Positions 13,117-24,560 of a stretch of DNA of 45,019 nt are shown here, piece by piece. The notes below the pieces were generated by a model that did no database searches, had not been told where the DNA came from, and saw only the letters and a program-made list of their open reading frames with translations. Position 1 is the first letter of the stretch. The number at the start of each line of letters is the position of its first letter. This DNA comes from Mustelus asterias (taxonomy: Eukaryota), in the NCBI RefSeq assembly GCF_964213995.1, contig NW_027590503.1:248001-293019 (forward strand), given 5' to 3'. Made by a program: the position numbers and the translations under genes.

Positions 13117-16100
13117 TCACAGGACCAGGCCCCCGCCCGTGTTCTCCACTCTCTGTGTGAAAGGAGAAGGTGGTAAGAATCGGAGTGGGAATAGCTTCTG
13201 TCGAGCCTGCTCCACAATTCATCATCAACCTCATCTCCACTTTCCCTGCAGTCTTCCCGATCCCTCAATTCCCAAAGATATCTCCACTTTCCCCGGAGTC
13301 TTCCCTCATCCCATAATTCCTAAAGATATCCCACTTTCCTCGCACTCCTTCCCATCCCTCAATTCCCAAAGATATCCCCGCTTTCCCTGCACTCCTCCCC
13401 ATCCCTCAATTCCTAAAGATATCTCCACTTTCCCCGCACTCCTCCTCATTCTTCAATTCCCAAAGATATCTCCACTTTACCCAGTCTTCCCCCATCCCTC
13501 AATTCCCAAAGATATCACCACTTTCCCCACACTCTTCCTCCTATCTCTCAATTCCCAAAGACATCCCCACTTTCCCTGCACTCTTCCCCCATCCCTCATT
13601 TGTTTTTGTTCATTCGTGGGATATGGGCGTCTCTGACTGGCCAGCATTTATTGTCCATCCCTAGTTGCCCAAGGGCTGTTGAGAGTCAACCACGTTGCTG
13701 TGGCTCTGGAGTCACATGCAGGCCAGACCAGGTAAGGGCGGCAGATTTCCTGTGGTTGACTCTCAACTGCCCTTCAAGAGCAACCAGGGATGGACAATAA
13801 ATGCTGACCAGCCAGTGATGCCCATGTCCCACGAATGAATAAAAAGAATTGGGCCCAATCTACTCAACCTCTCAGGCTCCACAGCCCTGAATGGTTTCCT
13901 CTTCCTATTTTCCTGGCTCCCCCTCACATACAGAGTGCGGATCTCACCTGGGGTGGCTGGATGAATGCCAGCCAGTCAGAGGCATGTGTGGGCAGCAGCC
14001 CCATTGCCTGGCACTTGTAGATGGCCAGGGCCAACCCCAGCAGGTTGCCGATGAAGTAGATGAGACGCTGCAGCCAGTGCTGATTCGAATTCCCCAGGAC
14101 CCTAAAGACTGAGAGCGAGAATGGAAAAGCAGGAAGTTCAGGAACATGTGAGAGCCTTCCCTCATAACACAGCCCATCCATTTTAGGTATTAGTCTGGTA
14201 AACCGTCTCTGAACTGTCTCCAGCATACTTGAACATACTTGATATCCAGCATACTTGAACACTTCCTTAACACAAGGGGCGGCACGGTAGCACAGTGGTT
14301 AGCACTGCTGCTTCACAGCTCCAGGGACCTGGGTTCAATTCCTGGCTTGGGTCACTGTCTGTGTGGAGTTTGCACATTCTCCTCGTGTCTGCGTGGGTTT
14401 CCTCCGGGTGCTCCGGTTTCCTCCCACAGTCCAAAGATGTGCGGGTTAGGTTGATTGGCCAGGTTAAAAAGAAAATTGCCCCTTAGAGTCCTGAGATGTG
14501 TAGGTTAGAGGGATTAGCGGGTAAATATGTGGGGGTAGGGCCTGGGTGGGATTATGGTTGGTGCAGACTCGATAGGCCGAATGGCCTCCTTCTGCACTGT
14601 AGGGTTTCTATGATTTCTATGATTAAATAAGCTGACCAATACTGCACACAGTACTCCAGATGTGGTCTCACTAGTGACCTGTACAACTGAAGCATAACCT
14701 CCCTAGTTCTGTATTTAATTTCCATCACAATGAATGATAACATTCTATTAGTTTTCCTAATTACTTGCTGTACCTGCATATTAGCCTTTTGTGATTTATG
14801 CACTCAGACACCCAGATCTTGATCAATTGGGCCAGTGGGCTGACGAATAGCAGATGAAGTTTAATTTAGACAAATGCGAGGTGATGCATTTTGGTAGATT
14901 GAACCAAGGCAGGACTTACTCAGTTAATGGTAGGGCGTTGGGGAGAGTTACAGAACAAAGAGATCTAGGGGCACATGTTCATAGCTCCTTGAAAGTGGAG
15001 TCACAGGTGGACAGAGTGGTGAAGAAGGCATTCAGCATGCTTGGTTTCATTGGTCAGAATATTGAATACAGGAGTTGGAATGTCTTGTTGAAGTTTTACA
15101 AGACATTGGTAAGGCCGCACTTGCAATACTGTGTGCAGTTCCTATTATAGAAAGGATATTATTAAACTAGAAAGAGTGCAGAAAAGATTTACCAGGATGC
15201 TACCGGGACTTGATGGATTGAGTTATAAGGAGAGGCTGGATAGACTGGGACGTTTTTCTCTGGAGCGTAGGAGGCTGAGGTATGATCTTCTAGAGGTCTA
15301 TAAAATGAGGGGGCACAATCAACTAGATAGTCAATATCTTTTCCCAAAGGTAGGGGAGTCTAAAACTAGAGGGCATAGGTTTAAGGTGAGAGGGGAGAGA
15401 TACAAAAGTGTCCAGAGGGGCAGTTTTTTCACACAGAGGGTGGTGAGTGTCTGGAACAAGCTGCCAGAGGTAGTAGCAGAGGCAGGTACAATTTTGTCTT
15501 TTAAAAAGCATTTAGATAGTTACATGGGTACGATGGGTTTAGAGGGATATGGGCCAAATGCGGGCAATTGGGATTAGGTTCGGGGTTTTAAAAAAGAAAG
15601 GGCGGCATGGACAAGTTGGGCCGAAGGGCCTGTTTTCATGCTGTAAACCTCTATGACTCTATCCCTCTGAATCTCTGAGCTCTGCAATCTCTCAAAATTT
15701 AGACAAAATGCTTATTTTTCATTCTTCCTGCCGAAATGGACAATCTCACATTTGCCCACATTCTACTCCATTTGCCAGATATTTCCCCACTCACTTAACC
15801 TTTCTATCTTTCTGTACTCTCTGTATGTCCTCTTCACAACCTACTTTCCCATCTATCTGTGTGTCATCGGCAAATTTGCCAAACATCCCTTCATCCAGTC
15901 ATTCATATAAATTTCATTCCTTGCCTCAAATTTGATTCCTTTTCCACTATTTAGTTTGAAACCGTCTCTATTTTCCTCATCATGGGGTTCGCAAGAACAC
16001 CGGCCCCAGCACAGTTCAGATGTAGACTGTCCCAATGGTACAGATCCCACTTTACCCAGTACTGATGTCAGTGTCCCATGAACCAGAACCCACCTCCCAC

Positions 16101-18995
16101 ACCAGTTAGGGCGGCACAGTGGTTAGTACTGCTGCCGCACAACACCAGGGACTCGGTTCTATACTGGCTTAGAATCCCTACAATTCTGAAGGAGTCCATT
16201 CAGCCCATCGCTTCTGCACCGACCATAATCCCACCCAGGCCCTATCCCTGTAACACAATGTATTTACTCTGTTAGTCCCCCTGACACTATGGGACAACGA
16301 ACCATAGCCAATCAATTTAACCCGCACATCTTTGAACTGTGGAAGGAAACCGGAGGACCCGGAGATAGACAGAGAACATGAATACTCCACACACACGGTC
16401 ACTCGAGTCTGGAATCGAACCTGGGTCCCTGCCGCTGTGAGGCAGCAGTGCTAACCACTGTGCCACCCCTTGGGTCACTATCTGTGCAGAGTTTGCACGT
16501 TCACCCTGTATCTGTGTGGGTTTTCTCCGGGTGCTCCGGTTTTCTCCCAGTCTGAAAGACGTGCTAGTTAGGTGCACTGGCCACGCTAAATTCTCCCTCA
16601 TTGTACCCGAACATGTACTGGAGTGTGGCGACTCGGGGATTCTCACAGTAACTTCATTGCAGTGTTAACGTAAGCCTACTTGTGATACTAATAAATAAAC
16701 TTTAACGCAGCCTTTCAGTCACGCATTCATCCCTCCGATCTGATCTGTCCTATACCTATTAGCTTGTGGCTCAGGTAATAATTCAGAGATTATAACCATT
16801 GAGGTTCTGCTTCTTAATTTAGTGCTTAGGTCCTCATATCGACACTGAAAACCTCCTTCTTTATCTCTGTTGTTTATACCTACATTGATGAGGACAACTG
16901 GAACCTTCCCCTCCCCACTGAAATTTCTTCTCCAGCCCTGATCAGATGTCCTGAACACTGGCCCCAGACAGGCACCACAGCCGCCTGGATTCACATTCTT
17001 TACTGCAGAGAATGTGCCAATCCCTCTGACTATACTGTCCCCCATTATCACTGCAATCCTTTTTGCTCCCCTCACTAGAATGGCTTCCTGTACCACAGTG
17101 CCATGGGTAATTGGCTCATCCATCCTGCAGCTCCCATTCATCCAAACAAGCTGAAAATACCTCAAACTGGCTGGACAAGTATGCCTCACTTTCCTGTTCC
17201 TGACCACTGACCAAATCAGCAGACCCTGGGCCAAGAGGTGTGACTGCTCCCTGATACAAAGAATCCAGGTAACTTTCCCCCTCCCTGATGCATTGCAGTG
17301 TCTGTAGTTCAGCCTCCAGCTCATAAACTCTGAACCAGAGCTGCTCGAACTTCACTGACTGCAGACATGGTTGCCCTGGATCAAACTGACAGCCAGGAGC
17401 TCCCACATGCTGCAGCTGTGACACATCTTTAATGTGTGCGAATAAACTGTTTAATTATTTTACCTAATTACATATTTTATTTTTGTTTTCAAGTATTTTA
17501 GTTTTTAAGTATTTTATTAACCTTACCACCAGTTGCTGTACTATTTTAATCCTTAATAATAGAATAAACCGTAGTCACTTAGCAGATCCTCACCAAAAAT
17601 CTAGCTTCTTCTCCTGTAGAAGAGTAAGATCACTTCCTGACGGCTGAGAAAGTTAGAAAGCAAAACAGCACCCCTTTCCCTTTCTTCTCTAACTCCCTTA
17701 ATTACCCAACTCCCAGAACTCTATTCTAAGCTACAGTCAAGTGATGCCGGTTCAGAGCTGTTTCTGAGCTGCAGATTCGATACAATACTCACTTGCAGAC
17801 ATGGACATCAAGGCCTGTATGGGTCTCCAGGCCATCATGCACACCATCATGATAGGGAGGATGGAGATGGTGTTGCCAGCCATGTACATGATGAACAGAT
17901 TCATGGGCAGCTGTTTCAATGGGCCCAAGGCGATGTCCCAGCAGCGCTGAAAACAGAAAGTGAGCAGGGTATCAGTAAAGGGGGCCGGTTAGGGGAGGCC
18001 ATATGCTGATCTTATATCCAGGCCTTGAAGTAAGCATGATGATTAACCCTTTATCACACAGGCTGCTGTGGTTCACCAAGGTACTTCACCACCGTGGACA
18101 AACCAGGGGCGTTGTCAGCCACACACTAAAGACACATTCAAATCCAACTTACTTTCTCAACCAGGATCCGGTCTGTTTCTTGGACGCAGATGTCCGGTAG
18201 CTGTTTGTCCGAATATGCGACTGGGTACATGGAGTCTCTCTGGCCACACTGTTGATCACGGCTCCTGTGAGAAACAGAAAACATAAATTGGTCACCCTTT
18301 CAAGACCTTCTTTAAAGAGGGAGTCTCTCTGTTGAGGACCCAACATGGTGACAATAGTGCCAACATGAACTAAAGCTTGGGCAAACCTCGGACACACACT
18401 GCCGTTGTGTCCACTGAACTGCCACGGGAATGGAGGGTGGCAGAAGTGGATTAGTGCCAATTGATAATCAGGGTGCCAATCCAGTTGCCCTCCATTTCGG
18501 GACAAAGTGACAAATCACCAGATGTACCAAATTGTATCTTGAAAACAAACACTGCGGGACATTGAGAGAGATCCAGTTCAGCACCGGGCCCTGGAAACCA
18601 GCAATCGTTCCTCCAACCACCACCGCAGTTGGCACCTGATCAGGTGGAGGGGCTGAAACCAAAAGGGCATCTCAGGGTCATGACCTGGGGAAAAGATGCC
18701 AAGTGGGGTCTGAGTGGTTTCTGGAGGATTTGAGGGGCTGCTTTGTGATGAGGAGCTCGGTGAGGGGTAAAAGAGGCGTGAAAAACCCGGGGTTGGGAAG
18801 TTTTGGGTTGGTGCCACATCCCCGGGTCAGTGTGCGGTGGCCTCCCCTCGGGAGAGACGGGCTGACCCGGCTTGCCTCCTACTCGAGCCCCCGGCACCCC
18901 GCGCGGCCTCCGCACCTGCTGCTGCCACTCAGGTTAAGCTCGAGGGTCCACTTGTGCCAGCGCGCCCGGTTGACAAGCCCCGCCCCTGCAGCCAT
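13117..18995 (-). CDS. EMC4: ER membrane protein complex subunit 4; coding exons 18995-18916, 18264-18153, 17946-17793, 14108-13948, 13152-13117 (543 nt, 180 aa)
   Basis: All four introns are GT-AG with consistent phases. Translation [100 protein letters not shown] matches vertebrate EMC4 as recalled. Confidence 0.95.
13230..13600. repeat. ~45-bp minisatellite (ATCTCCACTTTCCCCGCACTCCTCCCCATCCCTCAATTCCCAAAGAT-like), ~8 copies, in EMC4 intron 4
   Basis: Recurring CAATTCCCAAAGATATC core. Confidence 0.9.
13603..13846. mobile_element. Two inverted 3' portions of the second SINE family (fold-back)
   Basis: 13603-13693 is the approximate reverse complement of 13751-13846. Confidence 0.8.
14277..14624 (+). 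mobile_element. Full-length HE1-type V-SINE
   Basis: Complete head, V-domain and (TTCTATGA)n tail; very similar to the copy at 3903-4230. Confidence 0.92.
14820..15663 (+). mobile_element. 5'-truncated CR1 LINE with stop and frameshift, inserted into an older minus-strand CR1
   Basis: ORFs 14854-15150 and 15131-15577 give the CR1 ORF2 C-terminus; (CTCTATGA)n tail. Confidence 0.9.
16107..16702. mobile_element. Nested HE1-like SINEs (minus copy ~16170-16468 within a plus copy)
   Basis: Plus head at 16108 resumes at ~16469 with TTGGGTCACT. Confidence 0.8.
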
Positions 18996-19260
18996 GACAA
19001 CGCCGCCGACCGTTAACCGTCCCCCCTTTCAAATCTGATTCAGATCAAGAGAAGAAGCCGCGCGCTTCCGTCAACAAAACACTCCCGCTGCAATGCGCAT
19101 GTGCAAGCCCAACCGCCTCTGCGTTCTGCGTGCACCGCCCAAAGCCCCGCCCCCACATCGTCGTCATCTTTTTTAGGGGCACATCTGTTCCGGCCCTTCA
19201 CCTTCTGTCCAAATGGAGCACGTTTGCCCCGCACAAAGATGGACATCACTTAATGTCAGC
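18700..19260 (-). promoter_or_regulatory. EMC4 CpG-rich promoter / first exon region
   Basis: GC/CpG-rich; TGCGCATGTGCA (NRF1-like) ~19094 and CCCCGCCCC GC box ~19145 upstream of the ATG. Confidence 0.65.
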
Positions 19261-19757
19261 GATATTTGCAATATTGAGTCCAGATGACCCTTTATCAAAG
19301 CAAAAAGAATTGGGAGATATTTATACTGCAGGGTGAGGGAATGAAAGATGAGCCATAGCCACAGAAACCAGGGGAAAAGACTGCTAATGGCTGTCCACAT
19401 TCTCCCTGTGGACAACCATTATAGCACCAGGGACTCAGGTTTGTTTCTCGGCTTGGGTGGCTGTCTGTGCGGAGTCTGCACGTTCTCCAGGTGCTCCTGG
19501 AGAACATGCTCCTCTTTTTCTTCTCATGAAAATCCAGTATTTCAGATCGCCCTGAATGAATTTTGAGGCCCAGGTCAGAGCGAATAAATAAAAGCAAAAA
19601 ACTGTGGATGCTGGAATCTGAAACAAAAACTGAAAATGAACCACTGTGGTAAATGCATCATTCTCAATCTATTTTACTAGGTATTTGTTTCATTATTCAA
19701 CATTTAACATCAATACATTTACTTATTATGCATCTCCTCATTCGAAAGTGAATATTC

Positions 19758-20853
19758 AGAGAGTTCATAAAAGAGAGCGAGGCGATGATAGGGATCTAGA
19801 TGAGTATACGGCTTGTAGGAAGGGACTTAAGAAAGAAATTAGGAGAGCAAGAAGGGGTCACGAGAAGGCCTTGGCAGGTAAGATTAAGGAGATGCCTGAG
19901 GCGTTCTATAAATACGTGAAGAGTAAAAGGATGAGATGTGAAGGAATAGAACCTATAAAATGTGAAGGTGAGAAAGTCTGTACAGAACTGGAAGAAATAG
20001 CAGAGGTGCTTAATGAATATTTTACCTCGGTATTCACGGTGGAAAAAGACCTGGGTGGTTGTACTACAGGATTGAGGTGGACTGAAAAGATTGAGTATGA
20101 GGACATTAAGAAAGAGGGTGTGTTGGAAATTTTGAATAGCATCAAGATAGATAAGTTGCTGGGACCGGGTGGGATGTACCCCGGGTTACTATGGGAGGCG
20201 AGGGAAGAGATTGCAGAGCCTCTGGCGATGATCTTTGCATCATCAATGGAGACGGGAGAGGTTCTGGAGGATTGGAAGATTGCGGATGTGGTTCCTATAT
20301 TGAAGAAAGGGAATAGGGATAGCCCAGGAAATTACCGACCGGTGAGTCTAACCTCAGTGGTTGGTAAGTTGATGGAGAAAATCCTGAGTGACAGGATTTC
20401 TGAACATTTTGAGAAGTTTAGTATGCTCAAAAGTAGTCAGCACGGCTTTGTCAAAGGCAAATCGTGTCCTACGAGCCTGGTGGAGTTCTTTGAAAATGTG
20501 ACTGAACACATTGACGAAGGAAAAGCGGTAGATGTGGTTTACATGGACTTCAGCAAGGCATTCGATAAGGTCCCCCATGCAAGACTTCTCGAGAAAGTGA
20601 GAGGGCATGGGATCCAAGGGGCTGTTGCCTTGTGGATTCAGATCTGGCTTGCCTGCAGAAGGCAGAGAGTGGTTGTAGATGGGACTTTTTCTGAATGGAG
20701 GTCGGTCACCAGTGGAGTGCCCCAGGGATCTGTTCTGGGACCCTTGATGTTTGTCATTTTCATAAATGACTGGATGAGGAAGTGGAGGGATGGGTTGGTA
20801 AGTTTGCCGACGACACGAAAGTTGATGGTGTTGTGGATAGTTTGGAGGGATGT
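19758..20853 (+). mobile_element. Internal CR1 ORF2 fragment (reverse transcriptase), truncated at both ends
   Basis: [33 protein letters not shown]; frameshift ~20770 before FADD; no 3' UTR or tail. Confidence 0.92.
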
Positions 20854-21934
20854 CTGCCTGGGTATTGACAATACCAGAATAAATAATAAGCATCGTCGGT
20901 ATAGGTGCAGATTAAAGTGACATCTTCTCCCTCTGTCTGTGTGAGTGAGGATTCCAGCTGAGTAACAGAATCTCCATCGTTCAGATCGAGAACACAAGGT
21001 TAACAAACAAAAGTCATTGATTAAAAGTTCACTTGAAGCGAGGGTGAAAAATCAGTGCAACATAAAAGAAGGTATTAAATTCTAACACATTCACTCCAAC
21101 TGATCTCTGTCCCCTTTCACAATCCCTCGGAGAATCCTCCCTCCTGCCTCATCTCAAATACCTCTATCCCTTTCTACCTCAGCGGTTTCTCTAGTTTGCC
21201 CTCCAATGCATCGTTAATCCTCTCCTCAACAGTTCATTGTGTCAGTGTGAGTCACTTCTACAGAACTCTTTCAAAAAAAATTTCTCTGTAATTCCCAGTT
21301 GATCTTTTTGTTTCACTTAGATTTATGGGACACAGATATGTAATACTCCCCAAATGGAATCATCCTCTACCCGTCCAGCACACTAAATCTCTTTGATTTG
21401 ATTTATTATTATTTAAATTGATTTGATCATCATTGTCCAGAAATCAGTCAGATTACCTGATTGTCTTCTCGTCCAGAGAGAGAGCAATCATAATTTTTAT
21501 AATGCTTTCTGATAGCTCTCATCTTCCAATCCTGGTACCATCTCTTTAAATCGCCTTTGCTGTGCGCTTTTAGAATCTGTCCTCCAAAAGACCAAAGCCA
21601 CAAACAAAGATTCATTTGTGCTCTAAGGCAGGTCTAATACTTGTTTAACACGAAAGTCCTGCTTTTCAAACTTATTCCTCCATAAATTAAACTCCCTTTT
21701 ACTCTTTTTCAAGTTTCAAACTTCTTACCGACAATGAATGTCACCCAGAAAACAGCGAGAAGGGAGCACCGCATCGCTGCTGCTGCTCCTGGATTCCCGG
21801 GACTTGTGTCTCCGAAAGTTGCAGAATATCGAACGAGATAAAGCTGAGAGCAGTGGATGTCACATCCTACAGAATCAATGGGAGGAAGAGCTGAGATCAC
21901 TGGATCGAGAATTAAGAGAATATTAGATAACACC

Positions 21935-22443
21935 TGTGGTGAACCATCGTTGGTTCCCACTAGGTAGTACTGAGCCAGGGTCTGGACAGTACTACGAGTC
22001 TGTATATATGTTGCTGTTGGGGTTAGGGATGGGTTGTTCTACTTGTTCCATACTCTCTGTATCATTTTCCTTTTTGTTTAACGACGAGAGTTTAATTAAT
22101 AGTAAATAAAATTGATGCGCGTTATCACTCACGAGGCTTGATATGCTCAAGGAAATAAAGGCTTTTATTTACTATTACAACGAAGCTACCATATATAGTA
22201 CACGATCCCAGACTGAGGGGTCCCAAGCAGAGCAGTGACCTTTATACCTCTCCCAGGAGGTGGAGCCCGACTGGGATGTACCATAATAACTATAATACAG
22301 GTGTAACAGCCCAACCCTAACCCCAACAGTAACAAATAGAACAACCCATCCCTAATCCCAACAGCAACATATATACAGACTCGTCGTACTGGCCAGACCC
22401 TGGCTCAGTACTACCTAGTGGGAACCAACGATGGTTCACCACA
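21935..22443 (-). mobile_element. LTR-derived element with 113-bp terminal inverted repeats and 5-bp TSD (ACACC)
   Basis: TGT...ACA ends; arms 21935-22047 and 22331-22443 differ at 4 sites; ACACC at 21930-21934 and 22444-22448; minus strand 22443-22113 reads as a TG..CA LTR with TATAAA and AATAAA. Confidence 0.85.
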
Positions 22444-22598
22444 ACACCATCTGCTTATTGGCTTATTGCTGACAGAGTCTTCAGGTGATATCCAATCATC
22501 CCGTCGGCTCTACCCTAATTAGAAATGACTGTCTTCTTGAAGCCGGGTCAAACCATTCGCGCAGGAGGAAACTTAATGGAGCTGTAAATACTCGCTGA

Positions 22599-22637
22599 GG
22601 TTTTTGTACGGGGTTTTACCTTTAATCTAACGCTGTG
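22599..22637 (-). promoter_or_regulatory. 23-RSS of V segment 1
   Basis: Heptamer CACAGCG (22637-22631), 23-bp spacer, consensus nonamer ACAAAAACC (22607-22599). Confidence 0.95.
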
Positions 22638-23184
22638 CCTCACTGCACAGTAATAGACCGCCCCGTACTCCACACTGAGGGTGCTTATATTGAGGTAACC
22701 GTTCTGTTTAGACGCGTCAGAAGCCGCCAGATATCGACCCGAAACTTCATCTTCCTTCACTGTTAATGCTTTGGTAATAATCCATGTCGCTGGTTGTGTC
22801 GGTTTCTGCTGATACCATTGCATGCTGTACATATTCTTGTCTGTATATTCACAACCCAACTGCACTGAATCCCCTTCTGATGCGGTTATTGGCAGCGATG
22901 ACTGTGCTACTGGATCTGCGCACAGTCCGCCTGTGAAGGTAGAGGAATGAAATATCAAGAGTTAATGTTTGTATCTGCGATTGTTTCTGCAGCACCCGCC
23001 CCTCCCCCCCCCACCCCCACCTCCCCCACCCCACCTCCCCCACCCCACCTCCCCCACCCCCATTCACCCCTCACATCGATAATTGTGATGGTTAATTATA
23101 TTACCATCTAATGTGTTTATCTGGCTTGATGTACGTTACCCAGTGCTTACCGTGCAAGAGCGCCGCCAGGAAGATCAGAAACAT
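22638..23184 (-). CDS. T-cell receptor alpha/delta-type V gene segment, apparently intact (leader 23184-23151, V exon 22930-22638)
   Basis: Leader MFLIFLAALLH with phase-1 GT-AG intron; V domain DPVAQ..VQLGCEY..WYQQKP..LNISTLSVEYGAVYYCAVR with both Cys and the Trp; RSS abuts the coding end. Confidence 0.92.
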
Positions 23185-23453
23185 GTCTGAGTGAATCTAT
23201 CTCACTGAATGGGAACGGAGTGAGTCAGAGATTGAGAAGGAGAGAGGGAACCCGGGCTCTGTTCAGCTCATTGCAGTGAGTGTGTTTGTGAGAGTGTCAG
23301 TGTGCGTGGCTCAGTGTGAGTTTATGTGTCTGTGTTTGTGGGTGTTGGGGGGAGGGGGGGGGGGGGCTGTGTCTATTGTGACCTCACAAGCCTACCATCC
23401 ATGCAGGTGTCAGTGATAATATCACGTGAGTTTCTGGCGCCCAGGCGAGAATG

Positions 23454-23471
23454 TGGCGCCCTCTGGTGGCG
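23454..23471 (-). promoter_or_regulatory. CTCF-binding motif upstream of V segment 1
   Basis: CGCCACCAGAGGGCGCCA closely matches the CTCF consensus, ~270 bp 5' of the leader ATG. Confidence 0.7.
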
Positions 23472-24107
23472 GGTTCTGCGCGCTGGAATTAGGCTGTTGA
23501 CTGGATTCCTCACTACAATACAGAACAAGACACACATGCTGCCGAAAAATCTAAATTACGGCTCTTCAGACACGGTCTTTGTGACTGTTGATATTTATTT
23601 GGGAAAATGATGCTAAATCTGTGAAAATCATGGCTGGAGTTCGCTGTTCAAATCCTGGGACGACAAAATCGGGAGATCGCCCATCCTTTGGACAAATTGG
23701 TTATAAATCAGAATAGTGTCAGGGATTAATAGACTAATTTGGTTTCTTTGGTTTATAACAAGGAAGGTACGAAAAGTAACTTTATTGACCTGTTCAGAAT
23801 GTTGCCCTTTTCAGAGAGTAAAATGTGGTATTATAACTCAATTTTAAAGTCACCTGTTCTTCTGTTTTAACTGCTGCGGACCGCGGCTGAGTGACAGAGT
23901 CTCCATGAGCCACATCTGGAAAAGTTTGCCTTTTCCAGAAGAGGTAGATTCATGAAAAATGATTCTACACCCGAGGTGCAGTCTCAGATTTGAAAAAGGG
24001 AATAAATAAAAACGCGGAAGAATTTATCGTCGGAAATTGTCGAACACAAACATGAGTCTTGAAGATTCATAGGTGGGAAAAAGCTGCATTTTGTAGTTCC
24101 ATATCTC

Positions 24108-24124
24108 TGCCACCAGAGGGCAGG
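24108..24124 (+). promoter_or_regulatory. CTCF-binding motif
   Basis: TGCCACCAGAGGGCAGG. Confidence 0.6.
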
Positions 24125-24560
24125 ACGATACCATGTTGCGTTCAGGCTCGGGGCTATTTGCAGTCTCCAGTCGTGGCCAGTAACATTATTGAGAAAATGT
24201 AATTAAAAGAGCAAATGTCGGAACAGAAATATTTTAGCATTGATAGCAAACTTATATTGTTTCACGAGATATATTATGAGTTTTCAAAGTTGCTATTACT
24301 GTTGGTATACTGCAAATATTCTCGTTCGTTCAGCTTGGCACTCGGCATTCTTTGTGTAGCCTGACGGGTACTATGTGTACTTCATAGACAAAAGCGCCCA
24401 GTCGAGTTAGCAATATTGGGCGGATATTTTGCTGGAGCTTTAAATCCACAAATGCTGATGTGGTGGATTATTTCAACAATGTCGGCTTTCACCAGAGATG
24501 GCTAAACTGCTTTGGCGAAAGAGAAATGAGCTATATTTTGCTTACGCTTGCTTTTGGGTA

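Larger units (their letters stand above)
14150..17700 (-). mobile_element. Fragmented, internally deleted CR1 filling EMC4 intron 3: ORF1 esterase remnant (16719-17430) and ORF2 pieces (~15664-15880, 14625-14820, 14150-14225)
   Basis: [10 protein letters not shown] (GDSL/SGNH esterase typical of CR1 ORF1), [12 protein letters not shown] coiled coil, [24 protein letters not shown]. Confidence 0.78.

Noticed and set aside
13139-13636. 165-aa Pro-rich ORF
   Set aside because: Translation of the 45-bp minisatellite, antisense to EMC4
19646-20920. 424-aa RT ORF as a domesticated gene or novel RT system
   Set aside because: Ordinary CR1 ORF2 fragment, frameshifted before the catalytic FADD, with non-ATG start and read-in from flanking DNA
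21738-21926. Short coiled-coil-like ORF (similar case at 34838-35080)
   Set aside because: No recognisable family or convincing exon structure; would need a homology search
21935-22443. RAG/Transib-type transposon (5-bp TSD next to an RSS)
   Set aside because: The termini begin TGTGG, not CAC heptamer-like, have no nonamer, and the interior is LTR-like
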